Of a stretch of 14,129 nucleotides of DNA, positions 13,901-14,129 are shown piece by piece. Positions within the stretch are counted from its first letter, which is position 1, and each line of letters begins with the position of its first letter. The position numbers were made by a program, and so were the translations under genes. This DNA comes from Candidatus Velthaea sp. (lineage in GTDB: Bacteria; Vulcanimicrobiota; Vulcanimicrobiia; Vulcanimicrobiales; Vulcanimicrobiaceae). The notes beneath the pieces were generated by a model. It had not been told where the DNA came from. It searched no databases and saw only the letters and a program-made list of their open reading frames with translations. The stretch lies in NCBI GenBank assembly GCA_050012475.1, contig JBEKHC010000204.1, positions 1 to 14,129 of the forward strand. Direction: 5' to 3'.

Positions 13901-13999
13901 GTTCGTTCTTCGGACCGCTTCGATGTGCAAGTGCGGCCGTCGCGAGCCCCGCTCCCATGACGGCGCCGAGGTTGCCGCCGAACGATCCGGGCATGGGTG

Positions 14000-14129
14000 C
14001 TACTGCGCCGGATAGGGGAGCGTGGCGCCGGAGATGACCCGGCCCGACGCGTCGACGAGCTCGAGCGAGGTTGGACGCGGGAAGTCGCGGACGAAAAGTG
14101 TCGCGGTGCTCCCGCGGACCTCGGGTTTC
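14000..14129 (-). CDS. 3' end of a gene entering from the right (..KPEVRGSTATLFVRDFPRPTSLELVDASGRVISGATLPYPAQ*); possibly an anti-sigma factor C-terminus
   Basis: 42 open codons with high GC at third positions, ending TAG at 14000-14002; not in the ORF track because it lacks a start; product call is from remembered resemblance only. Confidence 0.65.
   Translation of the reverse strand, partial: KPEVRGSTATLFVRDFPRPTSLELVDASGRVISGATLPYPAQ

Noticed and set aside
13850..13994. Short - strand ORF MPGSFGGNLGAVMGAGLATAALAH after the edge gene
   Set aside because: No RBS, under 60 aa, and runs into the IS5 remnant; insufficient support.

Overview
High-GC bacterial accessory region; several small-protein families look like those of Eremiobacterota/Vulcanimicrobiota (inference from memory, not searched). 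Its core is an extracytoplasmic redox/copper cluster. On + are a COG4315 lipoprotein, an exported vanadium-dependent haloperoxidase, and a cupredoxin lipoprotein coupled to a Cyc2-like monoheme cytochrome-porin. On - are a membrane-anchored cupredoxin fusion, an SCO copper chaperone, a second COG4315 lipoprotein and an SCO pseudogene with an internal 3x ~94-nt tandem repeat. The flanks hold small secreted proteins, a 49-aa protein, orphan toxin/antitoxin-like genes and debris (IS110, IS5, DUF5131). The main unannotated signal is a bipartite ECF-sigma-type promoter, (G)ANT(C/A)ATCC-N15/16-GCGTA. It occurs 10 times (plus 2 variants), always intergenic and oriented toward a gene (one target lies off-window). 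Two copies are followed by an identical 27-nt leader. Positions 1-1291 form a degenerate mirror-image duplication. A partial gene at the right edge may be the cognate anti-sigma factor.
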